Positions 54,370-64,000 of a stretch of 64,000 nucleotides of DNA are shown here, in pieces. The position numbers and the translations under genes were made by a program. The DNA is from Nitrospirota bacterium (GTDB taxonomy: Bacteria > Nitrospirota > JACRHJ01). Each line of letters begins with the position of its first letter. The first letter of the stretch is position 1. The notes beneath the pieces were generated by a model that worked only from the letters and a program-made list of their open reading frames with translations, was not told where the DNA came from and ran no database searches. The stretch spans positions 43,071 through 107,070 of the forward strand of contig CAVTDB010000001.1 in the NCBI GenBank assembly GCA_963733375.1. Reading direction: 5' to 3'.

Positions 54370-55510
54370 ATGGAATCAAGACTTGAGATTACCGAGGCAG
54401 CGGACCTCCTTGGCATAACGGTCAGGTCGGTCCAGAGGCTCATCAGCCTGCAAAAAATGCCAGCGGAGAAGGTCCCTCGTGGCACATCGGGCTGGAAGTA
54501 CCTGATCCCTCTCTCCGCCCTCCATCCCGAAGTTCAAGACAACTACCTTAAGTGTAAAACGGACCAGCCCCATCCTTCCAATATATGTGCAGCCGATAAA
54601 AGGCACTTACCCGCCCGGACCGAGAAATCGGCACTTGCTCGTGCCGACCTGCTTGCTGCCTGGCACAAGGACAAGGAAATCGCTATCGCATCAGGTAGCG
54701 TCGCAGACGCCTTGGGCTGTTTCCTGCTTTCATACAATACCGGGCATCTGTTGCCGGAGATATTCAAGAGTTTGGGCACCATCTCGCGCGGTACGCTTTA
54801 CCGGTGGGAGAAGGCATACAAGGACGGAGACAGCGATTACCGTGCTTTGGCTCCGAGAACCTGCAAAACAAGGCGAGAGGTCGAAGGTCACTGAAGACGA
54901 GGCCAACCTGCTCCTTACGCAGCTGTTGCACCAGAACCAGGTCAAGGTCGAGACTGCAATAAAGCTGACAAAGTATATCTTAGAACGTCGTGGCATCCCC
55001 TCTCCTTCATCAGGCATGACCCTTCGCCGGTTTGTCGATAACTTCAAGAAGCGCCATTATGACCTGTGGATCGCGCTTCGAGAGGGCGAGAAGGCGCTAA
55101 ACGACAAGGTACTCCCGTTCCTGAAGCGTGACTCGTCCCTTCTTGATGTCGGCGACGTCCTGGTCGCCGACGGCCACAGACTCAATTTTCAGGTGATAAA
55201 CCCATATACGGGAAAACCTTGCCGTGCGGTACTCGTAGGCTTCTACGACTGGGCAAGCCGTGACTTGTTAGGTTATGAGATTATGGTGGAGGAGAATATA
55301 CAGGCCGTTGCCGGTGCCCTCCGTAATGCGGTCCTGGAGCTTGGCAAATTCCCGAAGGCAGCCCTGCTCGATAACGGCAAGGCGTTTAAGGCGAAGGTAT
55401 TCACGAGCGAGTTGAGTCTTGAGGAGTGCGGTTTTTACGGGATGTTTGCAAGGCTCGGCATTATTACGTCCTTCGCCTGGCCGTATAACGCGCAGAGCAA
55501 GCCCATCTGA
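54370..55510 (+). pseudogene. Mu-like DDE transposase, C-terminally truncated
   Basis: N-terminal HTH, SRGTLYRW, VADGH, LLDNGKAF; ends WPYNAQSKPI*; frameshift near 54870. Confidence 0.8.
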
Positions 55511-55595
55511 CCGTCATGTTTCCTTTCTTATCGTCGAAGTGATGTTCACATACTGCTTGGTCATCGCAAGACTCTGCATTCCATCTTCCTGGTTT

Positions 55596-56006
55596 CTACT
55601 GGCCGGAGAACCGGCGACGAATTTCTTCCATTCTCCGCCGATTCACGCCGAAATCGCTTTTGCCCACCCGGGAGGCTGAGCGGATGTCGATTCGTTTCGC
55701 ATTGTCGTCAAACAGGAACTCCACGTCGTCGACGAACCCCCACAGCGCGCTCGTGAACTCCGCCCGCCAGTAATTGGCCTCGCGCGTCACAATTAGTGCG
55801 CGCTTCATGCCGGCAATGACTCGCTCAAGCCGCTCGCGCGCCTGCGCCGGATCGCCGCTGTAAGTGAGCGCATCGATGTGATGCTGCTTGTCGCTCTCTG
55901 CCGCCTGGCTCGAAACGCAGTTGGGCTTGTCCGGGCACGGCGCGAGCAGCGCGTCTGTCGTCATGTTGCCAAAGGCCAGCAATAGCACTAATCCGATGTT
56001 CATCAA
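55596..56006 (-). CDS. DUF1499 domain protein
   Basis: LAPCPDKPNCVSSQ, GFVDDVEF, RSASRVGKSDFGVNRRR. Confidence 0.9.
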   Translation of the reverse strand: MMNIGLVLLLAFGNMTTDALLAPCPDKPNCVSSQAAESDKQHHIDALTYSGDPAQARERLERVIAGMKRALIVTREANYWRAEFTSALWGFVDDVEFLFDDNAKRIDIRSASRVGKSDFGVNRRRMEEIRRRFSGQ

Positions 56007-56160
56007 TCACTGCAGCCATGTCGGATGGACGTTGATGCTCCTGCGAAGGAAGTCCCTCATCGGGGAGGCTATGTTGTCGCCATCTTCCACGAGAGCGAAG
56101 TGCCCGGTGTCGAGCAGGTGCGTTTCCAGATTTTTGAGGTCTTTCTTATACTGCTCAACG
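56007..56160 (-). pseudogene. Alpha/beta hydrolase C-terminal fragment
   Basis: Manual translation [35 protein letters not shown]. Confidence 0.6.
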
Positions 56161-56234
56161 TGCATGAACACGGGCAGCCTATCACTTCAAAAAACCCAGT
56201 TTGTTGTCTAAACAAACCCGGGCACCTCTAGTAT

Positions 56235-56700
56235 CTACGCTGCACGCTTGCGCGTCTGATATGTCCCGGGAACAGTGCGGAGCGAGATACTCATGCGGTT
56301 CCAGGAATTTATTAATGCGATGGCGAGCGTGAGGTTCTACTAGTTCTTTCTCACTGAACTGTTTCCGGGCCTGCTCATAGACTTCGTCGGGCACGTGTCC
56401 GCTGGTTATGAGGGTCACGGCCTCGGTCCATGCGAGGGCCGCCATCTCACGCTCAGTGTAAAAAGGTGTTTCTCGCCACGCATCAAGCTCATATAGACGC
56501 TGTTCGCTTTCACCCCTTGCCCTTGCATCTTTGGTATGCATATCTATGCAATAGGCGCAACCATTAATCTGCGACGACCTGAGCCTTATCAGGTCAAGAA
56601 GGGACTCTTCCAGCCCGCAGCTGTCCACATATTTTTGCAGGTCAAGCATGGCCCTAACAGCGCCGGGTGCTGCTTTTTCGATTTTAATCCGTGCTTCCAT
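56235..56700 (-). CDS. Carboxymuconolactone decarboxylase/AhpD-like protein (frameshift near 56335)
   Basis: LRSSQINGCAYCIDMH, WRETPFY..RE.AALAWTEAVT. Confidence 0.88.
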
Positions 56701-56877
56701 GTCGTACTCCATAATCTGAAATCTAAAAATACCATTCATATTGAAATTGTAGTTTTTGGGGTTGGGACTGTCAAATTGTGTACAGCGCACCTATTGGTCT
56801 CGCCCAAAATTTGCCAGAAAATCTCGAACTGCTTATCAATCAATACTCACACCTCTTGGCAATAAATCTCAAAGCGG

Positions 56878-57423
56878 ATGTTAATCAACAACGGTGCAAT
56901 CAACGATAAAGATTTATTGCAAATGATAGAGGCTAGAGAAGCCGGAGGCAACAAGCTCGCGGACATGGTGGAAGAATTCCTCTACATGGCCAGGCTTGAA
57001 GCGGGCAGAATGGAGTTACATCCCGCCTCGTTCAACCTGGCAACTGTCCTGAACGGTATTAAAACAGATTTTCTCCCTTCGGCCGCAAAGAAAAACATTT
57101 CCATGGAGGCTGAAATTACCGGCCTGAACATGGTTTCCCTCGATAAGAAATACATCGAAAGGGCAGTTACAAACCTTTTACAGAACGCCCTCAACCATAC
57201 CCCGGCTGGGGGTAAAATTATTTTGAAGGCGGAGGCAGGGCAGAGGGAAACAGGGGGCCGGAGAAACCGGGACAGCTTTATAGCCATATCCGTGCAGGAT
57301 ACCGGGTCTGGCATAGCGGGGAAGGATGAAGATAAAATCTTCGACAAGTACTATAGCACTTCAAAGAAGACCGGCATAAAGGGAACGGGGTTGGGCCTTG
57401 CAATAGTAAAGGCGGTTGCCGAA
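56878..57423 (+). pseudogene. Histidine kinase HATPase_c fragment
   Basis: NLLQNA, VQDTGSGI, GTGLGLAIVK; lacks H-box and final G3 strand. Confidence 0.75.
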
Positions 57424-57807
57424 AAGAAAGTGCTCAAGCTTCGACTCTTCGTGGTGGCCGAGCACGATCAGGTCCACATTCTTATCTTTTGCCACCTCGA
57501 TTATGGCATCTATCGGGTGTTTGTCTTTTATCTCGATCTCTTCAATGTCCAGCGACAGTCTCAGCTTCTTCACCTCCCTCTTAACAAACTGGTCTAATTT
57601 TTCGATTTTTTCTACCCTTTCCTGCTCCATCGACTTCGAGAACAAGTTTCCGCCTACGCTGTAAAAAAGTTGCGGCAAGGTCTTGTATACGTTAAGTATA
57701 TAGAGTTTCGCCTTGGAAGAAGCGGCAATATCCGCCGCCATTTTCATCGCCTTATCGTTCGAGGGTGCAAAGCTTACCGGTACCATAATCTTTCTTATGT
57801 TTGTCAT
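57416..57807 (-). pseudogene. Universal stress protein, C-terminally truncated
   Basis: IRKIMVPVSF...DLIVLGHH..SKLEHFLFG, then runs into the kinase antisense strand. Confidence 0.75.
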
Positions 57808-57977
57808 TTCCCGGCCTCCTTTCACTATAGTTTACCACATCTTAACGCTGTTAAAGCAGCGGCTCAGGCGCTCAAACAAGGCCATTTTCCAATTCTGGTA
57901 TAATATACAATGCGTTACGGCTTGAAGGGTGGTCAAGTTTGAGCCTGTTTCGCCGCGGCACTGGAGGAGAGAAAACC

Positions 57978-59651
57978 ATGAATGTAAGTCCTCTTGCTGG
58001 AAAGCCAGCGGAGCCGCGGATGCTGGTTAACGTCCCAAGGCTCATCACCGCGTATTATACCGAGCTGCCAGACCCTTCGGTCCCGGCAGAGCGGGTTGCC
58101 TTCGGCACCTCGGGGCATCGTGGTTCCGCATTCGAAAAGGCCTTCAATGAATGGCATATCCTTGCCATCAGTCAGGCCATTTGCCTGTACCGGGAGCAGA
58201 AGAATATCGATGGCCCGCTGTTTTTAGGCATGGACACGCATGCGCTTTCCGTGCCGGCCTATGCTAGCGCGCTTGAGGTGCTGGCGGCAAACGGGGTGGA
58301 AGTCATGATCGCAGAGAAGGATGAATACACCCCGACGCCGGTCATTTCCCACGCGATTCTCACATACAACCGCGGGCGCAAGACAGGACTCGCCGACGGC
58401 ATCGTCATCACGCCGTCACACAATCCGCCGCATGACGGAGGCTTCAAATACAATCCCCCAAACGGCGGGCCGGCGGAATCCGTTGTCACCGCCTGGATCG
58501 AGGCGAAGGCAAACGAGTTTATCGATAAAGGCCTTCTGGGTTTGAAAAGGATCCCTTTCGAGAAAGCTCTTCGCGCCCCCACGACGCACCGGCACGACTA
58601 CCTCAATGCATACATTACCGACCTCGCCAACGTGCTCGATATGAACGCCATTCGCGGCGCGAATATCAACCTGGGGGTTGATCCGCTCGGCGGCGCAGGG
58701 GTCCACTACTGGGCGCCGATTGCCGAGCGCTACGGGTTGAACCTCACGGTCGTGAACGAGGCCGTCGATCCTACCTTCCGTTTCATGACTGTGGATTGGG
58801 ACGGCCAGATACGCATGGACCCGTCCTCGCCTTATGCGATGGAGGGCTTAATAGGCCTGAAGGATCGCTTCGATATCGCCTTCGCCTGCGACACCGACCA
58901 TGACCGGCACGGTATTGTCACCAGAAGCGAAGGATTGCTGCCCCCCAACCACTACCTCTGCGCAGCGATCTTCTATCTTTTCCAGAACAGGCCGAAGTGG
59001 CCCAATGGGGCGGCTGTCGGCAAGACTGTGGTGAGCAGCCAGATGATCGACCGTGTCACGGCGAAGCTTGGCCGCAAACTCTACGAGGTCCCGGTCGGAT
59101 TCAAGTGGTTCGTCGATGGCCTGTTCGACGGTTCGCTTGGCTTCGGCGGCGAAGAGAGCGCGGGTGCGTCTTTCGTCCGTCTGGATGGCAGCGTCTGGAC
59201 GACCGACAAAGACGGAATCGTCCCGGCTTTGCTGGCGGCGGAGATGACAGCCCGGATGGGCCGCGATCCCGGCGAAATCTACCGCGAACTCACGCGCGAG
59301 TTCGGCGATCCCGCCTATGACCGCGTTGAGGCGCCAGCCACTCCGGATCAAAAGGAACTGTTGGCGAAACTCTCGCCGCGGCAGGTTAAGCTCACCTATC
59401 TGGCGGGCGAAAAAATCCAGACCGTCCTCACCCACGCGCCGGGCAACGGCGCGTCCATCGGCGGGTTGAAAGTGGCGGCCGAGAGCGGATGGTTCGCGGC
59501 GCGTCCGTCAGGGACCGAGGATATCTACAAGATTTATGCGGAGAGTTTCCGGGGAGCGGACCATCTGCGCCGCATCCTGGAGGAAGCACAGACGATCGTC
59601 AGCGATGTTCTGGCGTCCCCGCGTCAACCGGAGCGTCCGTGCAAAAACTGA
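57978..59651 (+). CDS. pgm: Phosphoglucomutase (alpha-D-glucose-phosphate specific)
   Basis: FGTSGHRG, TPSHNPP, DTDHDRHG, GGEESAG, RPSGTE. Confidence 0.96.
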   Translation: MNVSPLAGKPAEPRMLVNVPRLITAYYTELPDPSVPAERVAFGTSGHRGSAFEKAFNEWHILAISQAICLYREQKNIDGPLFLGMDTHALSVPAYASALEVLAANGVEVMIAEKDEYTPTPVISHAILTYNRGRKTGLADGIVITPSHNPPHDGGFKYNPPNGGPAESVVTAWIEAKANEFIDKGLLGLKRIPFEKALRAPTTHRHDYLNAYITDLANVLDMNAIRGANINLGVDPLGGAGVHYWAPIAERYGLNLTVVNEAVDPTFRFMTVDWDGQIRMDPSSPYAMEGLIGLKDRFDIAFACDTDHDRHGIVTRSEGLLPPNHYLCAAIFYLFQNRPKWPNGAAVGKTVVSSQMIDRVTAKLGRKLYEVPVGFKWFVDGLFDGSLGFGGEESAGASFVRLDGSVWTTDKDGIVPALLAAEMTARMGRDPGEIYRELTREFGDPAYDRVEAPATPDQKELLAKLSPRQVKLTYLAGEKIQTVLTHAPGNGASIGGLKVAAESGWFAARPSGTEDIYKIYAESFRGADHLRRILEEAQTIVSDVLASPRQPERPCKN

Positions 59652-59660
59652 AGGAAAAAC

Positions 59661-59780
59661 TTGAGTAAACAAACCCGCGTCAGCCACCCGATATACAATT
59701 TTCTACCCACGGAAATCGAGGGGTTCGATTCCCTTGCCGAACTGGCTTCCCGTATAACGACCCGGGACAGTTGCCCATAA
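59661..59780 (+). pseudogene. Alpha-glucan phosphorylase N-terminal relic
   Basis: TTG start with SD; MSKQTRVSHPIYNFLPTEIEGFDSLAELA, then unrelated sequence. Confidence 0.6.
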
Positions 59781-59799
59781 CGCCTTTGACGGAGACCAA

Positions 59800-60447
59800 A
59801 TGAAAAGAGCGAGCCCGATTACGACGCTGTTTCTGGATATCGGCGGCGTCCTGCTCACCGACGGATGGGACCATAATGCCCGCAAACGGGCGGCGACGAA
59901 CTTCAAGCTGGAGTTGGCCGAGATGGAGGACCGGCATCATCTGACCTTCGACACCTACGAGGAGGGAAAGCTCACGCTTGAAGAATATTTAGGCCGGGTG
60001 GTCTTCTACCAAAAGCGACCGTTCACCCGGGCGCAGTTTCGGCGCTTCATGTTCGCGCAATCGAAGCCTTACCCCGAGATGATCGAGCTGGTCCGCCGGA
60101 TTAAAGCACGGCATGGATTGAAGATCGCCGTGGTCAGCAACGAAGCGCGGGAACTGAATTCGCATCGAATTCGAAAGTTCAAGCTCGGCGGATTTGTGGA
60201 TTTTTTCATTTCATCTTGCTTCGTCCACTTCCGCAAGCCCGACGCGGACATCTTTCGGCTTGCGCTGGACATCGCCCAGGTTCCGGTCCAGCAGGTAGTC
60301 TATATCGAAAACACTCCGATGTTCGTCCAGGTCGCGGAAGGTCTGGGGATTCGAAGCATTCTTCACACGGATTACAGGTCCACGTGCGCAAAGTTGGCTT
60401 CGTTCGGATTGCAGGATGACGAAGGAGTGCCCATGAAACCAGCTAAC
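59800..60447 (+). CDS. HAD family phosphatase
   Basis: FLDIGGVL, VSNE, KPD; reads in frame into ackA in this assembly. Confidence 0.85.
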
Positions 60448-61641
60448 CCACGCATCCTGACGATCAATGGCGGCTCGTCGAGCATCAAGTTCGCGCTGTT
60501 CGAGGCCGGTGACTCGCTCCGACGGATTCTGGAGGGCGGGATTGAGCGGATTGGACTGCCGGAGGCCACCTTGCGGGTGAAAGGCGTGAACCAGGCGGAC
60601 AACTTTTCGCGGTTGGTGACGGCGCCGGATCACACGGTGGCGGTGGGCGCTCTGATGGATTGGATCGAGGAGCGCAGCGGGCGTGATGCATTGACCGCGG
60701 TGGGGCATCGCGTGGTGCATGGCGGGCCGAAGTATAGCAAGCCGCAGCGAATCACCGCGGAAATGGTTGAGGAGCTGCGCCGGCTCAGTCCATTCGATCC
60801 TGAGCATCTGCCGGAGGAGATCCTGTTGACCGAGGCGTTTCATCGCCGATTTCCCGACCTGCCCCAAGTGGCGTGTTTCGACACGGCTTTTCACCATGAC
60901 CTGCCGCGCGTGGCCCGGTTGTTGCCGATCCCGCGCCGCTACGAAGCGCAGGGGGTGCGGCGGTACGGGTTTCACGGGTTGTCGTATGCGTTTCTGATGG
61001 GAGAACTGGCCCGCCTGGCCGGACCGGAAGCGGCACAAGGCCGGGTCATCCTCGCCCACCTCGGCAATGGCGCGAGCCTGGCGGCGGTGCGTGACGGCAA
61101 ACCCGTGGACACAAGCATGAGTTTCACCCCGACAGCCGGGGTGCCGATGAGCACCCGCTCAGGCGATCTCGATCCCGGACTGGTTTGGTATCTGGCGCGC
61201 ACTGAAAAAATGACCGCGAAGCAATTCAACGAGATGGTCAATTTCCAGTCCGGGCTGCTCGGCGTGTCGGAGACCAGTTCCGACATGCGCGACTTGCTCG
61301 ACCGTGAAACGCAGGACGTGCGGGCGGCTGAAGCGGTCGCGCTGTTTTGCTACCAGGTCAAGAAATGGATCGGCGCATTCGCGGCGGCGTTGGGCGGACT
61401 GGACACGCTGGTGTTCGCCGGCGGCATCGGAGAGAACGCGCCCACGGTCCGCGCCCGGATTTGCGACGGGCTGGGATTCCTTGGAATCGAACTCGAAGAA
61501 AAGCGAAACGCGGCCAATGAGGGCGTGATTTCCGCGGATGCCAGCCGGGTTGCGGTCCGCGTCATTCGCACGGACGAAGAATGCATGATCGCCAAGACGG
61601 TTTGCCGCGTTCTCGGCCTTGACGGAAAAAAGGAGAATTGA
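60433..61641 (+). CDS. ackA: Acetate/propionate kinase
   Basis: INGGSSSIK, VGHRVVHGG, FDTAFH, YGFHGLS, HLGNGAS, GGIGEN. Confidence 0.95.
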   Translation: MKPANPRILTINGGSSSIKFALFEAGDSLRRILEGGIERIGLPEATLRVKGVNQADNFSRLVTAPDHTVAVGALMDWIEERSGRDALTAVGHRVVHGGPKYSKPQRITAEMVEELRRLSPFDPEHLPEEILLTEAFHRRFPDLPQVACFDTAFHHDLPRVARLLPIPRRYEAQGVRRYGFHGLSYAFLMGELARLAGPEAAQGRVILAHLGNGASLAAVRDGKPVDTSMSFTPTAGVPMSTRSGDLDPGLVWYLARTEKMTAKQFNEMVNFQSGLLGVSETSSDMRDLLDRETQDVRAAEAVALFCYQVKKWIGAFAAALGGLDTLVFAGGIGENAPTVRARICDGLGFLGIELEEKRNAANEGVISADASRVAVRVIRTDEECMIAKTVCRVLGLDGKKEN

Positions 61642-61644
61642 ACC

Positions 61645-64000
61645 ATGAAGACAAAAACTCTTTCCCCGGAACTGCTCCACAAGATGGATGCCTACTGGCG
61701 CGCCGCCAACTATCTGTCGGTCGGCCAGATTTATCTTTACGACAATCCGCTGCTGAAGCGGCCGCTGACGCTCGCGGATGTGAAGCACATGCTGCTGGGA
61801 CACTGGGGCACGACCCCCGGGCAGAACTTCATTTACGTGCACTTGAACCGGGTCATCAAAAAATACGACCTCGACATGATTTACGTCTCCGGCCCCGGGC
61901 ACGGCGGCCCGGCCGTCGTGGGCAACACTTACCTCGAAGGCACTTACAGCGAGATCTATCCCAACATCAGCCAGGATGAGGCCGGGCTGCGGAAGCTCTT
62001 TATTCAGTTTTCGTTTCCCGGAGGAATTCCCAGCCACGCATCGCCGGAGTGCCCGGGCTCGATCCACGAGGGCGGCGAGCTGGGCTATTCGCTCAGCCAT
62101 TCGTTCGGGGCGGTGTTCGACAATCCCAATCTCGTCGTCGCCTGCGTCGTCGGCGATGGCGAGGCGGAAACCGGACCGCTGGCCACGGCGTGGCATTCGA
62201 ACAAGTTTCTCAATCCGGCCACCGACGGCGCGGTGCTGCCGATCCTGCATCTCAACGGCTACAAGATTTCCAACCCGACCATCCTCGCCCGCATCACCCG
62301 CGAGGAATTGGAACAGTTGCTCCGCGGCTACGGGTGGACGCCCTACTTCGTCGAGGGTCACGAGCCCGAGCTGATGCATGAGGCCATGGCCGCGACGCTC
62401 GACACGGCGGTGGAGCAGATCAAGAAAATCCAGCAGGACGCCCGCATCCACGGCAACCTTGACGCGTCCGCGCTGGCCGATGATCGTCCTCAATTCACCC
62501 AAGGGCTGGACGGGGCCGAAGATGGTCGATGGCCTGCAGGTTGAAGGCACCTTCCGTTCGCACCAGGTGCCGCTCTCCGACCCGGCCACCCATCCCGAAC
62601 ACCTCAAGCTGTTGGAAGACTGGCTGAGGAGCTACCGGCCGGAGGAACTCTTCGATGAGCAGGGCCGCCTGAAACCGGAACTGGCCGAACTTGCGCCCAA
62701 GGGCGAACGACGCATGGGCGCGAATCCCCACGCCAACGGCGGCATTCTGCTCCGCGACCTGCGGATGCCGGATTTCCGCGACTACGCGGTCGACGTGCCC
62801 TCGCCGGGGGTGCGCGGCATCGGCGACACGCATGTGCTCGGGCGTTTCCTGCGCGATGTGGCGAAGCTGAACAGTGAGCAGCGGAATTTCCGGGTCTTTG
62901 GCCCTGACGAGACGCTCTCCAACGGCCTGGAGGCCCTCTTTGAAGTGACCAAACGCCAATGGGACGCCGCGACCGTGCCGAACGACGAATTTCTCGCGCC
63001 CACTGGGCGCGTGATGGAAATGCTCAGCGAGCACCAATGCGAGGGCTGGCTCGAGGGCTACCTGCTCACCGGGCGGCACGGGCTCTTCAACTGCTACGAG
63101 GCGTTCATCCACATCGTCGATTCGATGTTCAACCAGCACGCCAAGTGGCTGAAGGTCACGTCGCACCTGCCGTGGCGGCGGAAGATCGCCTCGTTAAACT
63201 ACCTGCTGGCCTCGCATGTCTGGCGCCAGGATCACAACGGCTTCACGCACCAGGATCCCGGTTTCATCGACCACGTCGTGAACAAGAAGGCCGAGGTCGT
63301 GCGTGTTTACCTTCCGCCGGATGCAAACTGCCTGCTGTCGGTGATGGACCACTGCCTGCGCAGCCGCCATTACGTCAACGTCGTGATCGCGGGCAAACAC
63401 CCGGCGCCGCAGTGGCTGACGATGGACGCCGCCGTCAAGCACTGCACCGAGGGCATCGGCATCTGGCAGTGGGCCAGCAACGACCAGGGCGTTGCGCCCG
63501 ACGTGGTCATGGCCTGCTGCGGCGACGTGCCCACGCTGGAGACGCTCGCCGCCGTCTCCATTATGCGCGAGCATCTGCCCGACCTGAAAATCCGGGTGGT
63601 CAACGTCGTCGACCTCATGAAGCTGCAGCCGCAAACCGAGCACCCGCACGGGTTGAGCGACATGGATTTCGACGAGCTCTTCACCAAGGACAAGCCGGTC
63701 ATCTTCGCCTTCCATGCCTACCCGTGGTTGATCCACCGGCTGACCTACCGCCGCACCAACCACGACAACATCCACGTCCGCGGCTACAAGGAAGAGGGCA
63801 CCATCACCACGCCCTTCGACATGACGGTGCTGAACGATCTGGACCGCTTCCATCTCGTGATGGACACCATCGACCGCCTGCCGCAGACCGGCGACAAGGG
63901 CATCTACCTGAAGCAGCAGCTCAAGGACAAGCTGATCGAGCACAAGCAATACATCGACAAGTACGGCCAGGACATGCCGGAAATCCGGAACTGGAAGTGG
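61645..64000 (+). CDS. xfp: Xylulose-5P/fructose-6P phosphoketolase (frameshift near 62460; runs off window)
   Basis: [42 protein letters not shown]. Confidence 0.96.

Larger units (their letters stand above)
53387..64000. mobile_element. Decayed tRNA-anchored genomic island (right end outside window)
   Basis: Integrase relic, direct repeats, truncated transposase, truncated genes and a cargo cluster immediately after the tRNA. Confidence 0.65.

Noticed and set aside
59721-59733. GGGTTCGATTCCC as a tRNA fragment or attR
   Set aside because: It does not match the tRNA-fMet 3' end and lies within the glgP-like coding relic (EGFDSL)
61159-63949. Long minus-strand ORFs (482, 223 and 251 aa)
   Set aside because: Antisense shadows of GC-rich ackA/xfp with no motifs; the same applies to most overlapping ORFs in the track

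Overview
GC-rich bacterial chromosome segment whose gene content resembles Nitrospirota or Desulfobacterota (inference). Many clearly essential genes are split by single-base frameshifts, most likely long-read indel errors. Bases 1 to about 53.4 kb are mostly housekeeping: secA 5' end, cspA, M23 peptidase, EndoIII-like/nfi/cutA, pheS/pheT, queH, ruvABC-yebC, MglA-like GTPase, rlpA, ftsX, manB, cls, RACo, MarR-EmrAB, radA, alr, ndk, Re-citrate synthase-like, sdhCAB, sucCD, Rieske/cytochrome b-c and tRNA-fMet. Short AT-rich cassettes interrupt this backbone inside or beside operons. Two of them sit next to diverged duplicates of the neighbouring gene's 3' end, and several lie near REP-like palindromes. 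The strongest candidate for an undescribed system is the AT-rich pair at 26099-28325: a deoxynucleoside kinase fused to a nucleoside-deoxyribosyltransferase/N-glycosidase-like domain, overlapping a 2TM + GAF-like protein. This layout suggests nucleotide-signal anti-phage defence (inference). After tRNA-fMet lies a decayed genomic island with an integrase relic, a 143-bp direct repeat, a truncated Mu-like transposase, gene fragments and a pgm-(glgP relic)-HAD-ackA-xfp cluster.
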